The notes under the pieces: generated by a model
The model's input: the letters and a program-made list of their open reading frames with translations, nothing else
Database searches by the model: none
What the model was told of the DNA's origin: nothing
Made by a program: the position numbers and the translations under genes
Shown here: positions 1 through 8,273 of the stretch, piece after piece
How positions within the stretch are numbered: position 1 is the stretch's first letter
Layout: each line of letters opens with the position of its first letter
Assembly: GCA_043799405.1 (NCBI GenBank)
Contig: JAZDNT010000004.1
Location: 4,206-68,205 of the forward strand
Direction: 5' to 3'
Length of the DNA stretch: 64,000 nucleotides
DNA from: Candidatus Kerfeldbacteria bacterium
GTDB lineage: Bacteria; Patescibacteriota; Patescibacteriia; SBBC01

Positions 1-413
1 CCCTTTATCCATTGTATATCAACCCGTTTTTGAATCTTTTTTCCCATGTTTATTAATTCTTTCCATAACTCTGCATGCCGTATAGGATCTCCGTTTTTAT
101 TTTTCCACTGATTTGTAGACCATTCAAAAATCGCTCTTTGATAATTGTCTTTAACGTACAGTGAGTCAGTGTGAATAATCACACGGCCAATCGATTTACT
201 GTCATGGATTTTTGGAACAAATTGCAATGCAGTAATACAAGCAAACAATTCCATTTGAGATATTGTTGCCCCTTGGTAGCCGGGTTGTGGCAATTCGACA
301 GAATGACCCCCTAAACTTTCTGGTAATTTAATAACAATACCTATTCCTCCCCTTCTAGGAGTGTTACAAGCAGAACCATCGGTATATATATTTATTGCGT
401 GTGGATCTTCCAT
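1..413 (-). CDS. rnhA: Ribonuclease HI, 3' end cut by window edge (absent from supplied ORF track)
   Basis: Manual reverse-strand translation from ATG at 413..411: MEDPHAINIYTDGSACNTPRRGGIGIVI..GATISQMELFACITAL..VIIHTDSLYV..NGDPIRHAELWKEL..VDIQWIKG. The motif order DGS / QMEL / HTDS / W-x-KG is typical of RNase HI. The gene is AT-rich (one hand-counted 60-nt line gave about 30% GC). Confidence 0.75.
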   Translation of the reverse strand, partial: MEDPHAINIYTDGSACNTPRRGGIGIVIKLPESLGGHSVELPQPGYQGATISQMELFACITALQFVPKIHDSKSIGRVIIHTDSLYVKDNYQRAIFEWSTNQWKNKNGDPIRHAELWKELINMGKKIQKRVDIQWIK

Positions 414-457
414 ATAGGTTACTCAATATAAGTGCTATAGTATTAACAGCACATCTA

Positions 458-756
458 CTGTCGCCTCCACACTTCACCTAACTAATGGCGGGTTGCGTCT
501 GATAAGACGTATACCGCGCCCGGCCAACGTGTTGGTGGAAACGGTTCCCCTCGGACGACCGTGACTTCGATCCCGAGAGGGAGGCCGTTCCGCCAAACTT
601 GGTATTGCCCCGATATTGGGGCAATTTGGCCTGGACGGAAAGAACCGTTCATCGGTGTACTCCATATCCAGTTAATTGAGTGCAAGTCGACCTTGCTCGC
701 ATTTCCTGCATAGGCAGGGTGGGGCGCTACGTACAGGAAGTGGAGGGAGGCGACAG
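458..756. repeat. About 300-nt segment closed by a long-range inverted repeat (candidate structured RNA or MITE-like element)
   Basis: 458-468 ctgtcgcctcc is the exact reverse complement of 746-756 ggaggcgacag. The pairing extends with cacttc (470-475) / gaagtg (737-742) across a 3-nt bulge. The left arm sits at the AT-rich to GC-rich transition. Confidence 0.4.
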
Positions 757-988
757 AAGACGGGTTGTAAAGGGGCTTTTTCCGTAGCAAAACGCGCCAT
801 TCACCCCCTTTTAATGGCGTTGTCTCCGTCGTATGGTCGATTTGGCTGTTAGGTTATCCTTTGGCAGTCACCGTGCCGCGTCCGTATAGACACCGTTTGC
901 TTAACGAAGCTGTAAACGATCATTCTTCTTCTGTGGGTATCGTCGCGCAAACGGAGAATACTGTCAAGACCCATAAGGATCCTAATAT

Positions 989-1150
989 AACCCCCTCACG
1001 CAGAAGAGGGGGTAGCCGAGCTCTGCTCGGCTGGGGGTACTGGCGTCCGCAGGACTCGTGTCAGGGTAGGGGTTGTTAGGGGCCTAGGGGCTGACGTCGA
1101 AATAAAGCCCCTGGCCCCTAACGAAAAACTCCTGGTTCCCGACAAAATCC
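989..1150. repeat. GC-rich hairpin element copy A1, upstream of the 1230 gene
   Basis: Starts aaccccctcacgcagaagaggggg (7-bp stem ccccctc/gaggggg) and ends agcccctggcccctaacgaaaaac. Both termini recur in copy A2 (2277..2487). Confidence 0.45.
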
Positions 1151-1229
1151 CCAACCGGGGTTTTTGCGTTATGAAGTTTGCCACATATCCAATAAACAAC
1201 TACACTTGAATCTCTTGTAAGAAAAATCT

Positions 1230-1436
1230 ATGCCGAAAAAGCCGTACGACGAAAAACTTCCTCCGGACCTCGCAAAGGCGCTTCATACAAGGCCTACGCT
1301 CGCGGTCATATTCGGGTCGCTTCCGCCAGGGGAACAGAATCAGTACATAGATTCGATAGTTCACGCGAAGACCCTGAAAACGACCCGGGAGCGCATCTCC
1401 GCGACGATCAAAGCGCTCGAAGCGAAGGTAAAGTAG
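1230..1436 (+). CDS. Small YdeI/OmpD-associated-family-like protein
   Basis: 68-aa ORF. The pattern LPPDLAKAL..F..LPPGEQNQYIDSIVHAKTLKTTRERISATIKAL resembles the YdeI C-terminal domain (by eye). Confidence 0.5.
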   Translation: MPKKPYDEKLPPDLAKALHTRPTLAVIFGSLPPGEQNQYIDSIVHAKTLKTTRERISATIKALEAKVK

Positions 1437-1461
1437 GCGACTACCTCAACAACGCGTCGCC

Positions 1462-1653
1462 TTACCGCAGATCAAAAACCTCGAGTATTGATGCCTTCAG
1501 CGCTTTCGCCACATCGCTCGCCAGCTTGAGCGATGGATTGTATTTTTCCTGCTCTAAAAACACGATCGTCTCGCGCCGGACACCAGCACGCTTTGCTAGT
1601 TCTTCCTGTGTCATACCGCGCTTCTGCCGCAGCTCACGGATGTGGTTATGCAT
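1462..1653 (-). CDS. XRE-family helix-turn-helix transcriptional regulator
   Basis: 63 aa. [48 protein letters not shown] is a canonical HTH_3 pattern. Confidence 0.8.
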   Translation of the reverse strand: MHNHIRELRQKRGMTQEELAKRAGVRRETIVFLEQEKYNPSLKLASDVAKALKASILEVFDLR

Positions 1654-1658
1654 GGTTT

Positions 1659-2210
1659 TTATTTCCTATTACACGGCTCGGAAGGCATTGGAGCAGACGG
1701 GTTACCATGCTTCTCCCACTGGCCGTGGTCGCATATCCAATCATCCTCGGGCGACAGCAGGCGGAGTCCTCCGATTACGATCACGACGAATACAATGATA
1801 CCCAGTACGATATATACGCCGCGTTTCTTCAGGAAAGTAAGCCGGTCATAGAATCTATACGCTAGCATGTAGATGACCATGATGACGCAGGCCGAGTACG
1901 CAAGCGTCAAAGCGATCGTTTCGTTCGACTGGTTCACGTTCCGCAATGCGAATGCTGCAAGGGCGGCACAGGCGGCTATCCAGCAGAATCCGTACATCGC
2001 TACGAGCGCTGCCTGACCGGCGACCGCGCGGTCCCGTTCATCTGCCAGCACTTCCTTCACCCGGCGGCGCAGCATGAACAGCACCATGGACGCGACAACG
2101 AAGATCAGCAGCAGCCAGAAGTAATGTCCGGTTGCAGTTGCACATACAGCCAACGCTGCCGATATGATGAATACGACGGTCTTAGCTGCTTTAAGGCTTT
2201 GTGCGGTCAT
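1659..2210 (-). CDS. Polytopic membrane protein (DUF2178-like), in an operon with the XRE regulator
   Basis: 183 aa with about 4 hydrophobic helices and a 5-nt gap to the downstream HTH gene. A small-HTH plus membrane-protein pairing is typical of DUF2178 loci. Confidence 0.55.
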   Translation of the reverse strand: MTAQSLKAAKTVVFIISAALAVCATATGHYFWLLLIFVVASMVLFMLRRRVKEVLADERDRAVAGQAALVAMYGFCWIAACAALAAFALRNVNQSNETIALTLAYSACVIMVIYMLAYRFYDRLTFLKKRGVYIVLGIIVFVVIVIGGLRLLSPEDDWICDHGQWEKHGNPSAPMPSEPCNRK

Positions 2211-2276
2211 AGGGCTGTGGATAATTGTTAGAAATACCTAACATACACAATGTTAGAATAATTTAACACCATTATC

Positions 2277-2487
2277 AAACCCCCTCTCACAGAAGTCGCC
2301 GACGCGCTAAAGCCCCGCCTGCTAAGGTTGTACAGCGGGCAGGCGCTTTGGCGACGACGCGAGGGGGTGTCCCGACCTCCCCAGACGCTCGCGCGTCTTG
2401 CCACTCCTTAACTAAGAAGGGGCTGTCCCGATTGCGAAGCACATCGGGACGGGGAGGTAGCCCCTGGCCCCCGACAAAAAACAACGT
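2277..2487. repeat. GC-rich hairpin element copy A2, upstream of the 2523 gene
   Basis: Starts aaaccccctctcacagaag and ends tagcccctggcccccgacaaaaaac. A long imperfect hairpin is visible (ccccctc..gtcgcc..cgcctgc / gcaggcg..ggcgac..gaggggg) plus tcccgat/atcggga. Confidence 0.45.
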
Positions 2488-2522
2488 TTTCGCATTTTTC
2501 CCACCAGTGCTATATTAAAAAC

Positions 2523-2927
2523 ATGGACCCGCAACCCGCAAACCCGACCCAATCCCCTGTTGCCCGCTTCCGGATAAAAGTCATGATCGGCGCCGGTTTT
2601 TTCGCGATCGTCGTCGTTCTGCTGCTCCTTCCCCCGGGCAATGTATGCTACTTAAAATCGAATAGCATCCCGAAGAACATCGGTGTCGGGTTGGGCGCCT
2701 ACACCACCAGCCGGACGCTCTGTTTCACTGACCACGCGGTCCAACAGCACAACGCGAACATCTGCATGAAGATCAGCGGCGATTTCACGCTCAAGGTGGA
2801 CTGCGCTGAAAATACCGCGATCGCCGCACGCGATATCACCAAGTGCGCGGTGCTGAAGCCGCTGGATGACCGGAACAGCAGCTGGCAGCACATCTGCGAA
2901 GAGAGCTATCGGCTGAACACCAAGTAG
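2523..2927 (+). CDS. Membrane-anchored Cys-containing hypothetical protein
   Basis: 134 aa. It has an N-terminal TM helix (VMIGAGFFAIVVVLLLL) followed by a Cys-containing extracytoplasmic part, and a terminator hairpin downstream. Confidence 0.5.
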   Translation: MDPQPANPTQSPVARFRIKVMIGAGFFAIVVVLLLLPPGNVCYLKSNSIPKNIGVGLGAYTTSRTLCFTDHAVQQHNANICMKISGDFTLKVDCAENTAIAARDITKCAVLKPLDDRNSSWQHICEESYRLNTK

Positions 2928-2948
2928 CGTTGCACAAACGCACAATCC

Positions 2949-2971
2949 GGCCTTGACACCAAGGCCTTTTT
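2949..2971 (+). terminator. Rho-independent terminator candidate
   Basis: ggcctt-gacacc-aaggcc followed by ttttt, 22 nt after the 2927 stop. Confidence 0.55.
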
Positions 2972-3049
2972 CGTCTACTATCCCCCATCAAACCAAACCC
3001 CTTTGCCGCGAACCCGACCCCCGACTAGATCGGGGGGAGAGGAGGAAGC

Positions 3050-3376
3050 ATGTATCCCCCATGCCTCACGGTCATCGAGGGCGGTAACCCGGATGACCAG
3101 TTCAGTAAGACCAGCATCGGCAGCCATCTGCTGGAAGTACCTCAGCTCGTTCACGAACACGATTCTGACTACCACATCCCGGAGGTCGATGACCTTCCGG
3201 TAATCGCCCAAGACGAGTCGCGGCTGAACCTATTCCTGCTCTGGATCCTCGACGCCTTGATCGCCCTGACCGTCCAGTTCCTGTTCTCGGTCGGTGCTTT
3301 CCGGACACGGGTCGCGTATCCCGCACGCCTCAAGCCCACCGGTACGGACGCTCCGTGGACCGGTCGCGGGTGGTAG
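3050..3376 (+). CDS. Hypothetical protein (weak call)
   Basis: ATG is preceded by gaggagg 5 nt upstream and by the hairpin cccccga-ctaga-tcggggg. It overlaps alternative ORFs on both strands. Confidence 0.3.
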   Translation: MYPPCLTVIEGGNPDDQFSKTSIGSHLLEVPQLVHEHDSDYHIPEVDDLPVIAQDESRLNLFLLWILDALIALTVQFLFSVGAFRTRVAYPARLKPTGTDAPWTGRGW

Positions 3377-3960
3377 CAACAGATGTTCGTCAGGGCCTCG
3401 CCAGAGTACGGTGAGGCCTTAACGTATCAAAAACGTATCAAAAAATAAATTCGAAGGGGGCGGTTCGAAGACAGTGCTTCGTTTCGTTCCGCCCCCATAT
3501 CCAGTCAGGCTTCACTGCCCTTAGGCTCCACCCTTCCGGACGATCGAGCGCTACCGCCACGGGAATCGGTCCCGCTCAGTGGATGTCGGCGGCTCCGACG
3601 TATAGCGCGTGCCCTTCGCGTACTAGGCCCTGAGCTCCTCGCTCGTCAGCATGGACGATGAGAAGTAGTTGGGGCTGGCGCGGGTCATAGTAGACCTCCG
3701 CTCACGGTTCATCCCCCAGCAGAGCTGCCCCGTCCAATTGGGACGCGTTCAGCAGCGCGGCGCCGTTTCGTGCATCTGTATAAGCACGATAACGACGCAC
3801 GTATACAGATTAGTATGCTTATACGAAAAGTTCAAGACGAGCTGTTTTTGCGCTACATAAAAAGCGAGGGGGATCCGTCAAATGCCCGGACCCCCGTCAC
3901 GAACTTCCTCCATCGAACTGCTCCCGGAGCGGCGTAGAGAATTCAGCCGTCCGGGCTACG

Positions 3961-4377
3961 TCAAGCGAACTTCAGGTGCCTTGCCTTCGTCCCGTCGCGC
4001 GAGTAAGCCGCCGCGTCCGTGTTCTTCGTGCCGTCATCACGGTACCAGACGATCGCGTACGCGTCACCGCTCATCGGACTCTCCGCGCAGGTCATGGTGC
4101 GGATGATGTCCGTAGTGGAGCTGCTGTTGCCCCAGGTGATCGCCGCAACGGGTGCGAGCCACGACGTCTCGGGCCATACGATCTCGAGGCCCGTGACCGT
4201 GGTGGTAGCCGCGACCTCCGGCACGGTGTTCGTCATCAGCGGGTTCGCGTTCATCGTGAACGAAGTCGCCTGGTCGGTACCTGCCTGCGATGCGGTGGCG
4301 GCTGGCGTACAGCAGACGAGCGCAGCGCACACCAGCACGAGCAGGAGGTACAACGGCACCTTCGGAGGACCTCTCAT
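3961..4377 (-). CDS. Secreted/lipoprotein-like hypothetical protein
   Basis: 138 aa with an N-terminal signal-like LYLLLVLVCAALVCC. It lies in a high-GC region. Confidence 0.5.
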   Translation of the reverse strand: MRGPPKVPLYLLLVLVCAALVCCTPAATASQAGTDQATSFTMNANPLMTNTVPEVAATTTVTGLEIVWPETSWLAPVAAITWGNSSSTTDIIRTMTCAESPMSGDAYAIVWYRDDGTKNTDAAAYSRDGTKARHLKFA

Positions 4378-4661
4378 GGTCCGCCCTCCCTTGAAGGACG
4401 CCAGGTGCGTACGTAATGGTCCGGTGCAACGAACGAGATGTCATTATCTGCCCACGTACGCTTATGGCAGACAGTAGTATGTAAACATATTCTACAAAAA
4501 AACTCAATAAGAGCGCTAATAAATATACGGCGTAAACCAATGCAATCATTGAAAGTACGAGAATCACCCACACGTGTTGCGTGTGTGGGTGAATTCCCTC
4601 CTCTTTTGTGCAATCCTCCTTGTGGTTGGTCGATCACTGAAGATCAAGCCGTACGTGGAAC

Positions 4662-5102
4662 CTACGGGTCGCCGTAGTAACACGCCATGAGCGCTCCGAA
4701 GGCGCGTTTCGGTTCCTCGTATCCCGGGTGGATCCACGACGCGTGCACGAACGCGCGCATGGCACAGTGGACGATGTCGAGCGCCGCGCATGCAGACCCG
4801 ACATGGAACCAGAGCACTGGGTGGTGCGGTGAGCGCTCGAGCCCGCGAAGCGCGTGGCTCAACGCCTTCACCGGGTTCCCCCTGATGAACTCCCGCTCGG
4901 CGTCCGTGATGCGATCCTCGGCGATGATCAGCGAGTCGGGGTCGACCTCGAGGCCCGGGGTAAGGAGCACGAGCCTGCTGATGATGAACGTGAGCATGTG
5001 TTCCAGGTAACCCCCGAGGAGACTCTTTTCTTCCGTGAGCACGTGGTCTGCAAGCCGACCGAGCTCAGTACTGAGATCCTTTAATGACTGGTGTCCGTTC
5101 AT
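4662..5102 (-). CDS. Hypothetical protein
   Basis: 146-aa ORF in the high-GC island; no motif recognised. Confidence 0.4.
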   Translation of the reverse strand: MNGHQSLKDLSTELGRLADHVLTEEKSLLGGYLEHMLTFIISRLVLLTPGLEVDPDSLIIAEDRITDAEREFIRGNPVKALSHALRGLERSPHHPVLWFHVGSACAALDIVHCAMRAFVHASWIHPGYEEPKRAFGALMACYYGDP

Positions 5103-5314
5103 GCGGCATTCCTCCTTGAATGATGCGCCGCGTGCAATGATTACGGGCTCCCTGTGAAAGCAGAGCCCGTCGAATGGTCGGAAGGCGAGGAGGGGTTCTT
5201 GTTCTCCCCTTGGCTTTCGCCCGAAGGCGAAGCGAGGTGGAATTACCCCTTTAGGAGACCGTCGGTCTCACCTTGGCCTTATTGACCGGTGCTGCGTTGC
5301 TTCTGTGTGCTTCT

Positions 5315-5803
5315 TCACGCCTGCGTACCGAACAGCTCGGGATACGCACGCGCGATAGCCATGCGGTAGATGTCGTCGACGACCTGCTTGATAAGGTCCG
5401 CCGGCACATCCTGCATCGACTTCCCCGCATCGTGCATGATCTGACTACGTTCCCGCTTCGCATCCGTCGGATCGAGCGTGATCTTCCGCCGACCCTTCAG
5501 CCGGACACAGACCCACTCGACGATGTCCGGCGAGGTCGCGATCTCATCAAGCTGCACGAGGTAGTTCTCGTCTGGATAGAGCGTGGGGAACGCCTGGGCG
5601 ATAGCTGCACGCAGCAGGATTGCATGGACCTTCTTGATCGTCTCAGGTCCGATGCGCTCCAACTGCATGCCCGCATCCTTGAGCAGGTTCCCGAAGTCCC
5701 TACGGACCGTCTGGGGGTTGAACGACAGCTCCACGTCCATGATGAGCCGACAGAATGCCCAGAGAAGAACCCTGAGTCCCATGACGCGACGGTTCTCGGT
5801 CAT
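5315..5803 (-). CDS. Hypothetical protein with an internal duplication
   Basis: 162 aa with two related segments: IKKVHAILLRAAIAQAFPTLY and IKQVVDDIYRMAIARAYPELF. Confidence 0.45.
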   Translation of the reverse strand: MTENRRVMGLRVLLWAFCRLIMDVELSFNPQTVRRDFGNLLKDAGMQLERIGPETIKKVHAILLRAAIAQAFPTLYPDENYLVQLDEIATSPDIVEWVCVRLKGRRKITLDPTDAKRERSQIMHDAGKSMQDVPADLIKQVVDDIYRMAIARAYPELFGTQA

Positions 5804-5976
5804 AATGCTGACCTCTCCTGTTTGTACAACCTTGTACAGCCTTCAGCATGATACAGATTAAAAGGAATCCGTCGGCAGCGGTCGCGTGCCTTATCTCACC
5901 TTCCTTTCAAGGTGCATGTGCGTCACGCCGCACCATTGCAACGTGACTACACAACATACGCCGAAAAAGGGATTTT

Positions 5977-6064
5977 GTCAACCCCGTTAGAGAATCTATA
6001 TGTAATAATTATGTGAATTATATTAAGTTGCGACTTTTTTCAACGGTTCTCTAACGGGGTCAAT
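5977..6064. repeat. Inverted-repeat element, copy 1 of 3 (CCCGTTAGAGA arms)
   Basis: gtcaaccccgttagagaa (5977-5994) and ttctctaacggggtcaat (6047-6064) flank a 52-nt AT-rich core. Confidence 0.7.
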
Positions 6065-6230
6065 CCCTCAATCAATAAACAATTAAAAGAAACCGACCCC
6101 GCCTCGAGAAAGCAGGGTCGAATGGACACCGGGTCGTTGTGGTATAACTTTATTGTCCCTCGGGACAACGAGCGTAAGCTGCAGTGGTGTACTGCCTCGA
6201 ACAGCACAGTCCTGCGGTGGACGAACTGCA

Positions 6231-6545
6231 TCATGCAGTCTGCTGCCACGCCTCGAAATCGGGTTCCCACCGGAACATCCGGGGATCGCCGTCCATGGAC
6301 ACGCCAACGAACGGCTTACCGGACACAAGAAGCTGTTCAACGTAGAGGTTCAGCGCCTCTTCGCTGTGTACCGAAACGACGTCGAGGCCATCGGCCTGCC
6401 ACCATTCGGTCAGGTCAGCTCCGAAGAGAGCACGCCCGTCCCATAGTCGCAGGCGCACCAGACGCTCGCCGGACCTGCTCTTCTGCTCGGCAATGAACCG
6501 CCGAACTTCGCACGAACTCCTCGCCGTCGCCGGCATAGGCATCAC
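6231..6545 (-). CDS. Hypothetical protein
   Basis: 104-aa ORF in the high-GC island; no motif recognised. Confidence 0.35.
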   Translation of the reverse strand: MMPMPATARSSCEVRRFIAEQKSRSGERLVRLRLWDGRALFGADLTEWWQADGLDVVSVHSEEALNLYVEQLLVSGKPFVGVSMDGDPRMFRWEPDFEAWQQTA

Positions 6546-6633
6546 CTCCTTGAACGAGCGAGCGGTTTCGCAACAACAGTAACACTGCCGTAAACGTCCT
6601 GCAAGCGGATACGGCGCTAGTCGGTAGATGACG

Positions 6634-7020
6634 TTATTTCTTATGGAACTCCGACTTCAGGTACTCAGTGATGATGTAAATGACGATAACGCTCCAGATG
6701 ACCAGCGGAATGTCCTTCGGTACGTGGTACCCGAACGAATTTCCTCCGATCGATTCGATGACGAACATCATTATACCAAGCACTGCCCATGCGAACACGA
6801 ACAGCTCACCGCGACGGTATGATCTTGTGTGCTTGTGATGCCAGCGGTGAAGCTCCTTGTCTCCAGCGTAGAACACGAGCACGAGAAGGAAGACTTCCGC
6901 GACCGTGTTTGGGATAATCCAGCGCCCCTTCGTGACGAATTCGACGACGTAGCCGACCATCAGGAGGATCGTCGCGACGTTGAACACCCTGATGAACAGC
7001 CTCTGGCGGAATGTGGTCAT
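6634..7020 (-). CDS. Small 4-TM membrane protein
   Basis: I prefer the ATG at 7020 (MTTFRQRLFIRVFNVATILLMVGYVV..) over the track start at 7107. There are four hydrophobic segments. Confidence 0.55.
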   Translation of the reverse strand: MTTFRQRLFIRVFNVATILLMVGYVVEFVTKGRWIIPNTVAEVFLLVLVFYAGDKELHRWHHKHTRSYRRGELFVFAWAVLGIMMFVIESIGGNSFGYHVPKDIPLVIWSVIVIYIITEYLKSEFHKK

Positions 7021-7476
7021 AATATCAGTATACCACGAAAAAAGGCGACAGCGCGGGGAATGCAAGCGGCATTCGGGCGAGTGTAGAAAAAAGTCTGACA
7101 ACAACACCTATTGCATACACATAAAAGACGGCACACACTGAAGATAGCTCGGTACAATGTCGAACAAGTGCGACAATAGTCCGTCACTGTTCAGGTACTG
7201 CACCCGGCCGATCCTTTGGCCAACATCGGAAACCCGGCAGCCGTCACCGGAAGATAAAACGGCACGATGGCTCAACGGTTCGTCAGAATCGATCATCGCG
7301 ATGAGCCGGTGGGGCGCCCTAAACGGAACGGCGGAAGAAATCGCGGGGTACTTACGACTCGGCAGAACGACCGGGTATAGCTCGATACTGCAGGGGGTGG
7401 CATAAGCCGCTACCCCCTGCTCCCGCCTGCTGTTCGCTGTGCAGATAACCACCTTCTTGGTATAGTATGGGAACCA

Positions 7477-8262
7477 ATGAAAGCAAAGCGAATACAACGC
7501 ATCCCGCCCTCTCGCAAGGTCGAGTTCACGCTCGCCCGGATGGGATTGAACGAAAAGGAGATTGCAACCTACCTTGCGATGCTTTCGCTCGGACCGTCGC
7601 CCGTGAGATCGATCGCGCAGAAGACCGGCGTGAACCGCGGCACGACCTACGAGGTCCTCCGGGGACTTATCCGATTCGGGCTTGTCAGCTACTTTCACAA
7701 AACGCGTCACCAGTACTTTGTTGCCGAGGATCCCGTGAAGCTCGAGGCGCTCGTCGGATTACGGCAGAACGAGCTCGATCAGACGAAGCGCCTTGTGTCC
7801 GATATCGTGCCGATGCTTTCGGCGCGCCCAGCACCGACCGCCAGTATCCCGCGTGTCAGGTTCTTCGAAGGACCAGCGGGTATCCGTACCATCCTTGAAG
7901 ACGTGCTCGAGACCATGCAGCGCCAGAAGAGCAAGGAGTACTACGTCTATTCATCCGCTGACGTCCGCGAATACCTCTACGCGAGCTTCCATGACTTCTC
8001 GAAAAAGCGGGTCAAGCTCGATATCAGGGTCAAGACGATCTCGATCGGACCCGGCGGTAAGCTCTGGGGCCTCGACGAGCGGCGGTGGCTCCCCGGCGAG
8101 GAGCGCTCGCCGACCTACCAGATAATCTATAACGGCAAGATCGCGATGATCTCCGTTGATAAAGAGGAACGCCCGGTCGGCGTGATCCTCGAGGATCCGC
8201 ATATCGCAACGACGCAACGGATCATCTTCGAACGGCTCTGGTCAACGCTCGCTCCTACGTAA
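7477..8262 (+). CDS. TrmB-family transcriptional regulator
   Basis: The N-terminal wHTH pattern LGLNEKEIATYLAMLSLGPSPVRSIAQKTGVNRGTTYEVLRGLIRFGLV is typical of TrmB. The exact start is uncertain. Confidence 0.7.
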   Translation: MKAKRIQRIPPSRKVEFTLARMGLNEKEIATYLAMLSLGPSPVRSIAQKTGVNRGTTYEVLRGLIRFGLVSYFHKTRHQYFVAEDPVKLEALVGLRQNELDQTKRLVSDIVPMLSARPAPTASIPRVRFFEGPAGIRTILEDVLETMQRQKSKEYYVYSSADVREYLYASFHDFSKKRVKLDIRVKTISIGPGGKLWGLDERRWLPGEERSPTYQIIYNGKIAMISVDKEERPVGVILEDPHIATTQRIIFERLWSTLAPT

Positions 8263-8273
8263 TCGAACGACCT

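Noticed and set aside
482-790. 102-aa minus-strand ORF (TTG start) inside the IR-bounded segment
   Set aside because: It has a non-ATG start, no RBS and no recognisable motif, and it overlaps the right IR arm. I kept it only as an alternative explanation in the finding.
4562-4590. Hairpin cacccacac..gtgtgggtg as the terminator of the 4662..5102 gene
   Set aside because: The stem is good, but no T-run follows on the minus strand and it lies 70-100 nt beyond the stop, which is too weak to call.
5977-6064. Integron attC sites as the identity of the CCCGTTAGAGA inverted-repeat elements
   Set aside because: The arms contain GTTAGAG/CTCTAAC, which superficially resemble GTTRRRY/RYYYAAC. However, the order is inverted relative to attC (GTT.. 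comes first on either strand), the last position is wrong, and there is no intI or cassette organisation.
7108-7710. 200-aa minus-strand ORF
   Set aside because: It overlaps the well-supported TrmB gene start and has no motif. Only its 3' third lies in otherwise unassigned sequence, so I could not support a call.
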